Source of the DNA: Eledone cirrhosa | Lineage: Eukaryota | Reading direction: 5' to 3' | NCBI GenBank assembly: GCA_964016885.1 | Contig: OZ024745.1 | Location: 102,982,001-103,046,000, forward strand | Length of the DNA stretch: 64,000 nt | In this document: in pieces, positions 49,421 to 62,037 of the stretch | How the letters are laid out: each line of letters begins with the position of its first letter | Position numbering within the stretch: position 1 is the stretch's first letter | Made by a program: the position numbers and the translations under genes | Notes under the pieces: generated by a model | What the model was told of the DNA's origin: nothing | The model's input: the letters and a program-made list of their open reading frames with translations, nothing else | Database searches by the model: none

Positions 49421-49756
49421 TCATCATCATCATCATCATCATCACCGTTTTACATCCGTTCTTCCACGCTAGCATGGGTTAGACGGGTTGTCCTGTTGTG
49501 GGCAGTGTCTGGTCGGCTGACCATGCCTTGCTCATACAGGAACTGATTTGGCTTGATTTCTACAGCTGGATGCCCTTCCTAACACCAACCTCATTTACAG
49601 TGAGTGCTGGGTGCTTTTTCGTGGCGCCTACACGTCCACTTTACAGTGTGGGCTGGGTGCTTTTTTGCCGTGGCACCTCCACGACCACCTTGCGGTGGGG
49701 GGTGTGGGGGCATATTGTCTATATGCTTCAGCTTGTACCCATGGGAGGTCGGGTAC

Positions 49757-49760
<4 letters not shown>
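49421..49760 (-). mobile_element. RTE subfamily C 3'UTR copy
   Basis: Matches 33200-33540. Confidence 0.9.
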
Positions 49761-49804
<44 letters not shown>

Positions 49805-49848
49805 CATATGTATATATGTATATATATGTATATGTATATATATATATG

Positions 49849-49932
<84 letters not shown>

Positions 49933-49994
49933 CATATGTATATACGTATATATATATGTATATATATACATATGTATATACGTATATATATATG

Positions 49995-50029
<35 letters not shown>

Positions 50030-50038
50030 GTATATACG

Positions 50039-50102
<64 letters not shown>

Positions 50103-50564
50103 CAAATGTATATATGTATACAAAAACCATAACATTATTTTGCTTCTCATTTTTAATATTTCTCTGCACACAAGCTTCTTTATCATACATAAAATATATT
50201 TTACCAATACAACCCCCATAATACTCTTGATTACCCGTTTAAAGAGCTTGTATTGCATATAACACCTTGCCGCACATTAATCTTATATAAATAAGACACA
50301 CGTGCATGTCCCACGTGTAACTATCGCATACACTAACTACTTGAAACTATCCTCTTGCATTATCTTCGTAAACTGCCGATGTTATATTTTAACTTTAATT
50401 TTGTTTTAATTTTGTTTTAATATGATTTTAATTTTTGAATGTAAATTGCCATGCTAAAATATTATAATGGATGTCACCCCACTGTGCATCGATATATACA
50501 TATGTTTCTGTATGTCTCTTGTGTTGGAAAGGAGGTCATGTATGTAAACAATCATTGAAAAATT

Positions 50565-50609
50565 GCTCCGAAGACTCCAAACCTTGGTTTGGACGAAACA
50601 ATTGTAAGC
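50565..50609 (+). ncRNA. Type I hammerhead variant at a probable PLE 3' end
   Basis: GCU-CCGAAGA-C-UCCAAACC-UU-GGUUUGGA-C-GAAA-CAAUUG-UA-AGC, then AATAAA. Confidence 0.65.
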
Positions 50610-50726
50610 TAATAAATGGTTTAAACAGAACTTTGATTCATGTGATTTCTATATATATATATGTATATATATATTTGTATATATATATATGTATATATAT
50701 ATATACATATGTATATATATATATAC

Positions 50727-50778
<52 letters not shown>

Positions 50779-50797
50779 GTATATATATATATATTTG

Positions 50798-50829
<32 letters not shown>

Positions 50830-50867
50830 TGTATATATATATATATGTATATATTTATACATATTTT

Positions 50868-50909
<42 letters not shown>

Positions 50910-51049
50910 TATATACGAGTGGAGAGATGCTGTGCTGAATAAGACCCGTCCCACCCTTGCAAGCAGGGAAAAGCGGACGTAAAATGATGATGATGATGAT
51001 ATTTGTAAATATATATGTATATATATATATCTATATATATATATATTTG

Positions 51050-51083
<34 letters not shown>

Positions 51084-51132
51084 TTTGTATATATATATGT
51101 TTGCAAGCAAACTTGACTGTCACCACATATTA

Positions 51133-51171
51133 TGAACCTGAAGATTGCGAAAGCATGAAAGTACTTGTTCA
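51133..51171 (+). ncRNA. Very compact type I hammerhead, intact core
   Basis: UGAAC-CUGAAGA-U-UGC-GAAA-GCA-U-GAAA-GUAC-UU-GUUCA. Confidence 0.82.
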
Positions 51172-51655
51172 ATTAACACTTAGAATTTAATATTCTATCA
51201 TACTATTTCATTATAATACCATTATAAATTTTAAAGGATTGTAAATAAAACGAGTAAATCAGACAAAGTTGGAATTCCTCTTATTAATATAATCTTCTAT
51301 ACACAATCATACACAGCCGTGTATATTTATCTATCTCTCTCTATATATATATACATATATATGTATATACATATATATATATATACATATGTATATATAT
51401 ATATACATATATATATACAAATATATATATATATATACATATATATATACATTTGTATATATATATATATATATATACATATATATATACAAATATATAT
51501 ATACATATATATATATATGTATATACATATATATACATATGTATATATATATATATATGTATATATATGTGTATATATATATATATATATATGTGTATAT
51601 ATGTATATATGTATATATATGTGTATATATATATATATATATATGTGTATATATG

Positions 51656-51686
<31 letters not shown>

Positions 51687-51699
51687 GTGTATATATGTA

Positions 51700-51742
<43 letters not shown>

Positions 51743-51961
51743 GTATATATATGTATATATATGTGTATATATGTATATATGTATATATATATATATATGT
51801 ATATATATGTATATATATGTGTATATATGTATATATGTATATATATATGTATATATATGTATATATATGTATATATATGTATATGTATGTATATGTATAT
51901 ATATATATGTATATATATGTATATATATGTATATGTATATATATGTATATGTATATATATA

Positions 51962-51998
<37 letters not shown>

Positions 51999-52987
51999 AA
52001 ATATATATATATAAATATATGTATATATATATATATATAAAATCTATTCTTTATACTTCACATTATCTGTCTAGAAGTTATAGCAAACAGTAAGAAACTG
52101 ACATTTACAATATTTTATTCCAGATGAATCATGTCTAACAAGAATCTAATGAAATATTCATTACATATTGACATAATATTTTATCAATTTATTCTAATTT
52201 TCTCTTATGTATGTTTATAAGAATATTTGGTTATTAATTATATTTCTGTCCTTATCTTATAACAAACTTTATACATACTGTTTTGTTGCTTCACTTATAT
52301 TCATGATTTTCTAGAGACCCTGCTGACCACAGGGACAGGAGTTCAAGTCTTTCTATAGGGATAACGTGTCATTCTCTTATGCTTATTTGGCATTGTCTTA
52401 TCAGCTTCAGTTTTTCTACTGGAAAATTAATGCTGTTTCCAAATCACCATTCAGTTTTTAGTTGGAAGAATGGGTTCAAACTATTTTGTGTTTTATATCT
52501 CTGGTATTGCCTGATTAGAATAAACTAAAACATTCTTCAAGATGAACAAACATAAAATAATAATTTATATATATATCATCATCATCATCATCATTTTACA
52601 TCCGCTTTTCCCTGCTTGCCAGGGTGTGACGGGAACTGATTCTGGCTTGATTTCTACAGCTGGATGCCCTTCCTAACACCAACCTCATTTACAGTGAGTG
52701 CTGGGTGTTTTTTTCCGTGGCGCCTACACGTCCACTTTACAGTGAGTGCTGGGTACTTTTTTGCCGTGGCACCTCCATGACCACTTTGCAGTGGAATGAC
52801 AGGGACCTCAGTCCTATCATCTCACTTCTACAGCTGAGTAAACTGGAGCAATGTGAAATAAAGTGTCTTGCTCAAGGAACAACACATCACCCGGTCTGAG
52901 AATTGAACTCACAACCTTTCGATTGCAAGGCCAATGGTCTAACCACTAAGCCATGTGCCTCCATATACATATATATATATATATATA

Positions 52988-53803
52988 AATAAAGTTAGTC
53001 CTTCATCAGTGATCTTCCAACCATCATTGGTATTTCATCGCTTTAAAGACCATATACCTCCGGTTGGTGCGGGCAACGGCTAAAAAAAGTCGTTGGGACA
53101 CGTAAATAAAGGGGACATGAGTGTAAACAAACAAAGATGGTGAAGCAACGAAAAGTGAGGAAGAAGTCAAGTCCCAAATTTCTATGAATATAAATTCGGT
53201 GAAATCGTGAACGAGAGAGAATAAAGACCATCAAACCTGGTTGGAATGTGAGCAAGGAAGGAATTCCGTACAGGTCTAATGGGAGGAAGAATGGATCTAG
53301 TCTGTGAATTCGGTGAACGTAAGTTCTGTGAAATCGTAGACGAGAGAGAGAAAAAAAGCGACCTGCCAGACCAAGGGTGCGAAAGAAAAGAATTACGCAC
53401 AGGTCAAATGGGAAGAAGGAGGAGGAGGAGAGGTAGTAACAGAGAATGAGTGAATGAAGGGTGAGGAAGAGGCTAACAGAGAGAGTGACTGCTAGAGAGG
53501 GTAAAGATACAGAGAAAGAGGAAGCAGTAAGAACGAAATAGACAGGTCACAGCGGGGAAAAAAATATGTGTAAATATGAGAATAAACATGCTGCGGGTTG
53601 CTAATGGGTTACATATGAATAAAGTTAGTCCTTCATCAGTGATCTTCCAACCATCATTGGTATTTCATCGCTTTAAAGACCATATACCTCCGGTTGGTGC
53701 AAGCAACGGCTAAAAAAAGTCGTTGGGACACATAAATAAAGGGGACACGAGTGTAAACAAACAAAGATGGTGAAGCAACGAAAAGGGAGGAAGAAGAAGT
53801 CAA
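52988..53803. repeat. Pair of direct repeats of about 185 bp, period 630 bp
   Basis: 52988-53170 is nearly identical to 53618-53803. Confidence 0.9.
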
Positions 53804-54120
53804 TGGGCCTACTCTGACCATGCGCCTATAGGCTAGCTAACTTGAGGAGAGGGGTGCTCTCCCTGAGTGCCCTAGAAGCGCAGGGTGGTTCAGGATTGGT
53901 GGGGTACTCGAGTCACCCCAGGGTCGTCCACCCCCTATCGGGGAATTTATTTTGTTATATTTATGCATAGTTTATTTTATATTTTTATATCTTCATTGCT
54001 AAATTAGTCTTGCCATTGTGCACTTTTACTCGACCTTATTGTAAACCCCCACTGTCCCTGTCTTTGTATTGTCCCCTAAATGTCGGCCCTTGTGGCTAAT
54101 AAATGAAATCATTATTATTA
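53804..54120 (+). mobile_element. Tx1/L1-like 3'UTR end
   Basis: Terminal CTGTCCC..TTGTCC..CCTTGTGG..AATAAA-(ATT)n similar to 19420-19500. Confidence 0.55.
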
Positions 54121-54134
54121 TCATTTTTATTAGT

Positions 54135-54321
54135 AAGGGCGGTGGATTGGCAGTATCAGTAGAGGGTCGGACGCCATGCTTTCCAGCATAGTTACGTCCC
54201 TTTACGATCTGAGTTCAAATCCCGCCAAGGTTGACTTTGCCTTTCATCCTTACGGGGTCGATAAAATAAAGTACCAGTAATGCACTGGGTAATTGCTGGC
54301 CTTGTGCCTAAAGTAGAAACA
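54135..54321 (+). mobile_element. Young Meta-like SINE with 18-bp TSD
   Basis: ATTATTATCATTTTTATT at 54114-54131 and 54322-54339. Confidence 0.92.
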
Positions 54322-54339
54322 ATTATTATCATTTTTATT

Positions 54340-55037
54340 TTCTTTCATTATTGTTTCTGAGATATATGCTGAGTGTCTTCCTGACACCTAGAGCAAATAA
54401 ATTCAGTGTGCATTGGTAAGCCAGTTAATACAGCACATTAGTTATAATAAAAAAAAAACCTATACATATATACACATGTGCATATGCATATGTAAATACA
54501 AGGAGGGATATCAATCTTACAGAGATAGTGCTCTTCTCAATACGTGTGCAGTACCAGTCAAAACAATTTTTTGCACCTCGTGCAGAGAGGGTAAACCAGG
54601 AATCATTCGCAAATATTGTTCTGTTCCTTTCTTGATCATTCCCAGTCCTCCCACAATCACTGGTATTTTAACGTCCTTGAGGTGCCACGTTTTCTCAATT
54701 TCAATAAGCAGATCTTTATATTTTCGTAGCTTGTCAAATTCTTTTGCGCGATATTGTGATCACATGGGATGCTCATATCTATCAATAAACAGACCTTGTT
54801 ATGTTGATCAGGTCTATTTGCTTTTATGGTCCTGTCAGTATGTACAGGAAAGTCCCAGAGAATTGTTACTTTTTCTCCTTCAGTTACAGCCTCAGGGTGA
54901 TGATTGTACCACTTGTCTTCAGCTATGATTTTGTAATGCCGACATATTACCCAGTGTAGATATTGGCCAACTCTGTCATGTCTATATTTATATTCTACTG
55001 GTGCTAAAACTTTACATCCAGAGACTAAGTGATCCAC
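54340..55037 (-). mobile_element. R4/Dong-like LINE 3' part (RLE domain)
   Basis: DHLVSGC...YKYRHDRVG..LHW...ILWDF.VHTDR.I.ANRPD...LIDMSIP; abuts (TAA)n. Confidence 0.9.
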
Positions 55038-55046
55038 TTATTATTA

Positions 55047-55111
<65 letters not shown>

Positions 55112-55112
<1 letters not shown>

Positions 55113-55530
55113 ATGTTATCTTCATCATTGCACATTGTTGATGTTAACTACCGGTATTTTACTTCTTACCATCAGGCCTCATCTCAGAGCTTAAGATGGT
55201 AAAATTTGCTTTTCACTCTTCTCGGTAGTATCCATCACTTATTCTGTCAGAGCCAACTAGGCATGCTTTTTGTACAGGCTCTATACCAAGATCAAATCCA
55301 ATTTGTTGCAAATTGTTTGTAAGATTGTTTATTACACATCCCGGGGCTCCTATAATTATTGGTACCAATATTACCTTATTTACTTCACCCCTTGATACTT
55401 TCAGAACTTCAGATTTGAGATCATTGTAGTAGTTTATTATTATTATTATTTTGATGCTTGGATTTTCCTCTGTGTTTGTATGAGCTGACTCCAAGTCTTG
55501 CCCAGAGACCTCAAGAGTCAACAAGTTATA
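55112..55530 (-). mobile_element. Two further R4/Dong-like 3' fragments separated by (TAA)n
   Basis: YNDLKSEV...VPIIIGAPG...QKACLVGS.RI; a UTR-like piece at 55450-55530. Confidence 0.7.
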
Positions 55531-56033
55531 AGTTCAAGTAGACATCATAACTAGGATGGTTCATAACTGACATATTTTGAGGGATGAATGTAGTTTAGTG
55601 ATAGGTATTTGTGTTTTAATTGTGTGTCTTGGATTCATAAGAAATATTGTTCCAGAAAATGTTTGTTGAAACGTAAGAAAATTACAAGTTTGTTTAAAAG
55701 TAGTTTGGTGTTTAATAATAGTATGACAACAAAACTACAATAATAGGTATTTGATATTATGTACTTTTAAAAGTAGTTTTGATATGCAAGAATATGTGAA
55801 AGAGGATTGTTTTGGAGTTACATAGACAGTATTTTTTGTAGCATATGATGAGTCCCGATGTATACTATTCATCTGGCAGTGTCATTAGGGCATTGGACAA
55901 TGCTTTGTCGCATTTAATATGCCCCTTTACATTCTGTGTTCAAATCCTGCTTAGGTCAACTGTCTGTCATCATTATAAGGATGATAAGATAAAGTACTAG
56001 TCAGGTACTGGGGTTAATTTAATTGAATCCCCC

Positions 56034-56310
56034 ACTCTGAGTGTTGGGATGGAGAGGATTATCACCAGATATCATGAGTAAAGTCAAATACTCTGAGTAT
56101 TAGGATGGAGAGGATTATCACCAGATATCACGAGTAAGGTCAAATACTCTGAGTATTGGGTTGGAGAGGATTATTACCAGATATCATGAGTAAAGTCAAA
56201 TACTCTGTCAGGATGGAAAGGATTATTACGAGATATCATGTGTAAGATCAAATACTCTGTCAGGATGAAGAGGATTATTACCAGATATCATGAGTAAGGT
56301 CAAATACTCT
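56034..56310. repeat. Minisatellite of 5 units (three of about 56 bp, two of about 51 bp)
   Basis: ACTCTG...GGATGGAGAGGATTATCACCAGATATCATGAGTAA(A/G)GTCAAAT. Confidence 0.92.
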
Positions 56311-56684
56311 TGAATGCACAAAAGGATAAGCTGGAGAGAGGAGAGAGGAGAGGGACATTTGTTTATGGTGGTCTTTGTGATCAGATTGGTCTTGGATCTT
56401 TGAGGTTTCTTAATTCTATTATTAATTTATTGTTATTTTATTACATGCTTTGTTTTCTGTTTACACATTTTGGGTAAATCTCCACTCTCCATGTTTATTT
56501 GTATAGTCCTTAGCATATTTGGCTCTAGGGGTCAATAAAAAATTGAAATTATTATTATTATATACTTGAACAAATATAAACAAGTAATTCTTTGAAAGTA
56601 GAGCTCGAACACTGTTACTGTTTAACCACTGAAAATCAGTTTTAAAAAAAATAACAAATATACATATACACACACATATATTAA

Positions 56685-56738
<54 letters not shown>

Positions 56739-57037
56739 ATAAATGATGAAGATCTCATAACTCCTTGTGGAGTCGTAGAGGCACCGTCATATGGTGTGTC
56801 TAGGGCACATTTAAACCTGGCAGAGTCCTACCCTCTCCAGGTCTGAATACAACTGATTTTTTCTATAGAGAAAGAATCAACCCCAGTACTGGACTGGTAC
56901 TTTTCTTTTATCGACCTTGAAAGGATGAAAGGCGAAGTTGACCCACAGTGAGATTAGAACACAATGAGGTGGGATGAATACTTCAAAGCCTTCTATCTGA
57001 CGTCTTAACGACTCTGTCAATTCGCCACACACACACA

Positions 57038-57133
<96 letters not shown>

Positions 57134-57563
57134 GAGAGAGAGGAGAGTGTGTATTTTTGTATGAGTCATTATAAATAAACTATAAATACACTAAATATAT
57201 GATAATATTGTCTAGAAAACAATAATTTGTGTGGGATATAAAATTAACATTCTTAGATTCTTAACATTCATAATTATTTTTTATCTTATCTTTCTTTTTC
57301 TTTAGCCTTTAATGATTTATTCTGTAGTACTCTTTCGTTTTTGTGACTTTATCCTTCAGTTGAGGAAACATTGTCACCATAGCTATTCCCAACTACAGCA
57401 CTCAAGACACAGCATGGTATCCATAATTGTTAGTTGCCAATTATAACTAAAAGTAGAACCCCCCATTGAGTTACATTATTGTTTCAGTTTTACCTAATAA
57501 ATTTAGATTAATAATATCATCAAAAATATTAAGTTGATATGTATTTGTAAACCATTGATTTAA

Positions 57564-57776
57564 CCCTTTTAATATCAAACTGTCTGAAGTTATTCCTGGT
57601 TCTATGATAGAAAACAGTTTATTTTAAAGTGTTCCATCATAATGATATGTAAGAACCTTTATTAAGTTATGTTTCAAGCACCAGCTTAATAATGAAAAGG
57701 TTATATTACTAAATCCCTCTAAATTCTTCATTATTTTCAAAATGTGTCTTTCATTAGATATACAGCAATGAAAGTG
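57564..57776. mobile_element. Old piggyBac-type MITE
   Basis: TTAA-CCCTTT...AAAGTG-TTAA; related in reverse to 20596-20832. Confidence 0.6.
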
Positions 57777-58489
57777 TTAAAACTTCATATCTCATTCTGT
57801 GAATCATTATGACAAAAGAACAAATCATACAATAATGTATGTTAGAAATGGTTATAAATATATGGGTTTGATTCAACTTTGCAATACTTATGGCAAAGTT
57901 CTTCTACTATAGCATTAGGTTGACCATAGCCATGTGAGAGGAAATGGATAAACAAAAGCACTGCACTAGTCTGTAGCTGGATTGTGCTAGTAATTCAGAT
58001 TTGAAGTCTTAACTTTGTTAAAGATTCATATTTATTCTGCCTGAAAATTATGTTAAAGGTACACATGTCTGTGGAACACTTTGTTATTCATACTAAAATT
58101 TATTAAGTAGATAATTCTGTTGACTAAATAATTAGAATACTTATTACGCTGAAATCAATTCAAGAGTTCAGCTATAACAATAAACATAATTAAGTGTGAT
58201 GAATGAAGATATATTTACATGTGTGTATGCATATATATAAGCATGTGTACAGTGATGAACAAATATTTGAGAAGCTTGCTTTACAATCATGAGATCTTGT
58301 GTTTGATTCTATTGCGCATGATCTTTAGCAATTATCTCCCATCATCACCTTGGATTAATTCAAGCCTTAATACTGAAATTGGATTGATGAAAATTGTACA
58401 GAAGCTTGTCAAATGCACTATATTTGTGATTTATGGAGCAACCTTTCCCCACATTGTGCTATGTTGATTTTGTTCAAGTATTACTTTAA

Positions 58490-58915
58490 CACTTTCATTA
58501 CCATATTTCTAATCTAATACACACTTTTTCAATTACTCAAGGAAGAAACTTTTAGGAATTTACTAAAATTAATTATTTCAGGATTAACCCTTTAGCATTT
58601 AAACCGGCAAGAATTCTCCCATCTCTTTCTGTTCAAACCAGTGGTAAATGGTTACTCATACCGATGTTAAGGTATTGTTCTTAAAATAAATATAAAAATC
58701 TCGTAGATTCGATATTATGTGAGATAAAGCCTTTTCTGTGAAAATACAATAATAAATATAAAGTAATGTGAATGCTAAAGGGTTAAGATAGCAACTTAAC
58801 ATATTGTTCTTATATAAAATTATGCTGGAAGATTTTAATTTAAATAGATACACTAGTTTCTTGATGTTGTTCCATAGAATCAGAGGTGGTTTTGGTCAGG
58901 TTGGTGTCAAAAGAG
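58490..58915. mobile_element. Old piggyBac-type MITE interrupted by a second MITE
   Basis: Flanks align with 20596-20832 (GGAATTTACTAAAATT...AAATTATG.TGGAAGATTTT...GGTCAGG.TGG). Confidence 0.65.
58588..58782. mobile_element. piggyBac-type MITE with 12-bp TIR and TTAA TSD
   Basis: TTAA-CCCTTTAGCATT...AATGCTAAAGGG-TTAA. Confidence 0.88.
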
Positions 58916-59832
58916 TTAAGGGTAGATTTGTCTGTGGGATACACAGACATTACAAAATAAATAAACAAAACTTACATATACACAAATGGAAAAAAGTAAA
59001 CAAAACGTGTGTGTGTGTTAGTGTGTGCTCAACAAAACGTATATTACAAGATTTATGAACAAATTTAATGTAGCTATAACTACTGTCTCTAAATTATAAA
59101 CTTTGCTATGGAAAGACATATGAAATTGCCTCTGTTCAAGGCTTGTAGTTCAAAATTGTAGTTATATCTACATTAAATTTATCTTAAATCTTTTAATATA
59201 TACTCTGCTGTGCATAAATATTTATTATTTAATTCATTATGTTGCTAATGAATGTGTGTCATACAAATTAAACTGATCTTTCCCATTTTGTGTTTGGCAT
59301 AAATATTGACTATAAGTTTTCTCTGGGGTGTAATCATAGGGGTAATTATATTTTGATGAACAGACAAAAATCTGTGAAATGGATAAAAGCAAGGCAATTT
59401 TCTATGCTTTTCTCTGTATGCAGGGAACAATGAAAAGTGTGTTTACACTTAGTTATTTTCACAGTTAGATTTATAGTTTAACAACTGTAGCTACATTTAC
59501 ATTAAATTTATCTGAGAGATACCAGAAATTTGCTATCATATTCTTTCAGTCATTACCCAAGATTCATAACCATAGGTAAGAGCTGGCACAATTCTGAATT
59601 GAAAATTGCGAGTTTTACAGACAAAAATCAACCGGCATAAGACACAGTGGTAGACCCTGAGCAAGATGGTTGAATAACATCTATGGTCTTGCTTGGGGAT
59701 CCAGCCAGATCAATTGAAGATGATTGCTTCTGACAGGACCTGCTGGAAGGCATACATAAGGACTCTGCCTCCTAAGACTCTCCCAGGAATAAGTGGGCGA
59801 AGAAATAGTTTATAAAATAAAAACATTGATAT

Positions 59833-60275
59833 TGTAGTGACCTACATTCCGCGGGCTCACATACATTCTCTGTGCGTGATTTGGCTCAGCTCAGCCAATC
59901 AGCGCCAGTAGAAGAGGATGTATCCCTACGCGTTCTGAGGGAGAAATAGCCCACAAAGATTTGAAGACGCAACCACTTCCAGGCTAGACCACTTCCAGGC
60001 TTGACCATGCTAAGTAAACACCGCTTGTTCTTTTGCTCCGCCAGCGCAAACAATATGTAACGACAAAACATTCCTACGGAGCTGGCTAAACACCTTCAGC
60101 CAGTTGACCGCATTTTCCCTTGTAATCATAACTGAATTATTTCATTTCTCTCGGCATGCCAACTTAACTCACTTCTTAACTTCTGTTAATAAATAATGTA
60201 AAACCAAGCAAAAGTCGTTTTCGATATTCCTATCATATCTTTCTACCAAACCTGGTTCCTCGTGGCAACATTACA
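59833..60275 (+). mobile_element. Candidate solo LTR
   Basis: TGTAGTG...CATTACA termini, CpG-retaining, CCAAT box, AATAAA near 60188; no TSD seen. Confidence 0.5.
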
Positions 60276-60721
60276 ACTTCTGAAATCTACTTCTCCGCTA
60301 AATTGGAATTTACATCTTCAACCAAATTGGTGACTTATATTCAACAAAGAGAAACATTCCTTTCCTTTAATATATTTTATATTTGGATGTGTACACAGTC
60401 CATGTATAAAATTAACACAAAGTATTTCCACGTGATAAAATAATCTTTCTAATGCTACATAGGGTGTTTCCAGAAGTGTGAGTTGTAGAGGCTTAGTGGT
60501 GATATCGTATATTGTTGAATGAAAGAATAGCAAGCTAAATAAATACAACTGAAAGAGGAAACATAAATGAGACAAAATAGGTGCAATACAATTAAATACA
60601 TATGAAATCCTCATTATATATACATATACATATATACATATATATACACACACACACATATATATATATATATACACACACACATATATATACACACACA
60701 CATATATATATACATACATAC

Positions 60722-60778
<57 letters not shown>

Positions 60779-60919
60779 CATATACACACACATATATATA
60801 CACACATACATACATTTTCATAGTCACATTGGCTATTTCCCAATATTTAGCTATGTTTGCTTGTTATTTAGTCAAGGGAAGTATAGCAATGACCATAGCC
60901 AATGCAGGTCTTCCCAAAT

Positions 60920-60970
<51 letters not shown>

Positions 60971-61562
60971 CATCCCATTCTTCCCTTGACTTGTTTTTTT
61001 ATTTTCTTCTCCTTCACATTTTTTCACCTCATTTACCAACAATATTGATATTTCTAACTAATCTTCCTGAAAAATAAGTTGATATTTCAGTGATTTTCCT
61101 AAGTTGTAATTAATTTCTTGGCTTCAGAATTAATTACATCACTTTTCAGTGATCAATAAACCAGGTATAGTATTGTTACTCAAGCAAAATGGGCAGAATG
61201 AACGTGTTCGATTTAATTACAAAGGAACATTGTAGAAACCAAAAAAGAAAAAAAAAACATTTACAGCTTTGCTCTAATTAGAAATCAAATTCAACATATT
61301 GCCATCCTCAGTGTTGCAATTGGCACCTATTTTTTTTTTTTTTTTGTATTGTTTTTTTTGCGTTGCCATCATTTCCTCCAATATTGTTGCCACCTTCATT
61401 ACCATCATCGACATCATTATGGCTGTTGTTGATATCTTTATAATCATTGCCCTCTTCAGAAGTTACTACTGACATTATTGCCATAATCTCTTCTGGTATC
61501 ATTATCATCTTCTTCATCATTGTTATTGTCAGCATCAACAGCATTATTTATGTTGTTATGTT

Positions 61563-61593
<31 letters not shown>

Positions 61594-61605
61594 TCATCAT
61601 CACCA

Positions 61606-61860
61606 TCATCATTGTTATGAAGGGTTCATTTAATCAACAGCTTGTAAACCAGTTTGTTCCACAGTTAGAGATCATTAACACCACCACGATCATCATCATC
61701 ATCATAATCATCACCGACATCATCATAATCATCACCACCACCACCATCATCAACAGTATCATCATCCTCACCATCATCATCGTTATGAAGAGTTCATTTA
61801 ATCAACAGCCTTTAACCCAGTTTGTTCCTCCCTCAGTTAGAAATCATTAACACCACCATC
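61606..61860. repeat. Local duplication of about 80 bp within a CAT/CAC microsatellite
   Basis: GTTATGAAG.GTTCATTTAATCAACAGC...CAGTTAGA.ATCATTAACACCACCA occurs twice. Confidence 0.85.
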
Positions 61861-61867
61861 ACCACCC

Positions 61868-61903
<36 letters not shown>

Positions 61904-62037
61904 CCACCACCACCCTTATTTAATTACATACATCTACTTTCTCAGTTGAAATTGTGCCAGTGTTGATTTGGCTTCACATTGCTCTAATATTTATAAAATA
62001 AGTACCATGCATATACTGGGGTCAATTCAATTGTTTA

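Larger units (their letters stand above)
49760..52040. repeat. Large interrupted (TA)n/(TATG)n tracts hosting short inserts
   Basis: Blocks at 49760-50120, 50650-50915, 51000-51100 and 51340-52040. Confidence 0.95.

Noticed and set aside
49498-52040. Long YI/IY/CV-rich ORFs here and at 10.9, 34.9, 40.6, 41.8 and 60.3 kb
   Set aside because: Translations of TA/TG microsatellites
52110-52150. Possible host exons after acceptor-like sites (7830, 52123, 57305, and 17884 on minus)
   Set aside because: No sustained ORF, recognisable protein or consistent exon chain; the window could still be intronic
56034-56310. CRISPR-like periodicity
   Set aside because: Units are contiguous with no unique spacers; eukaryotic context; no cas genes
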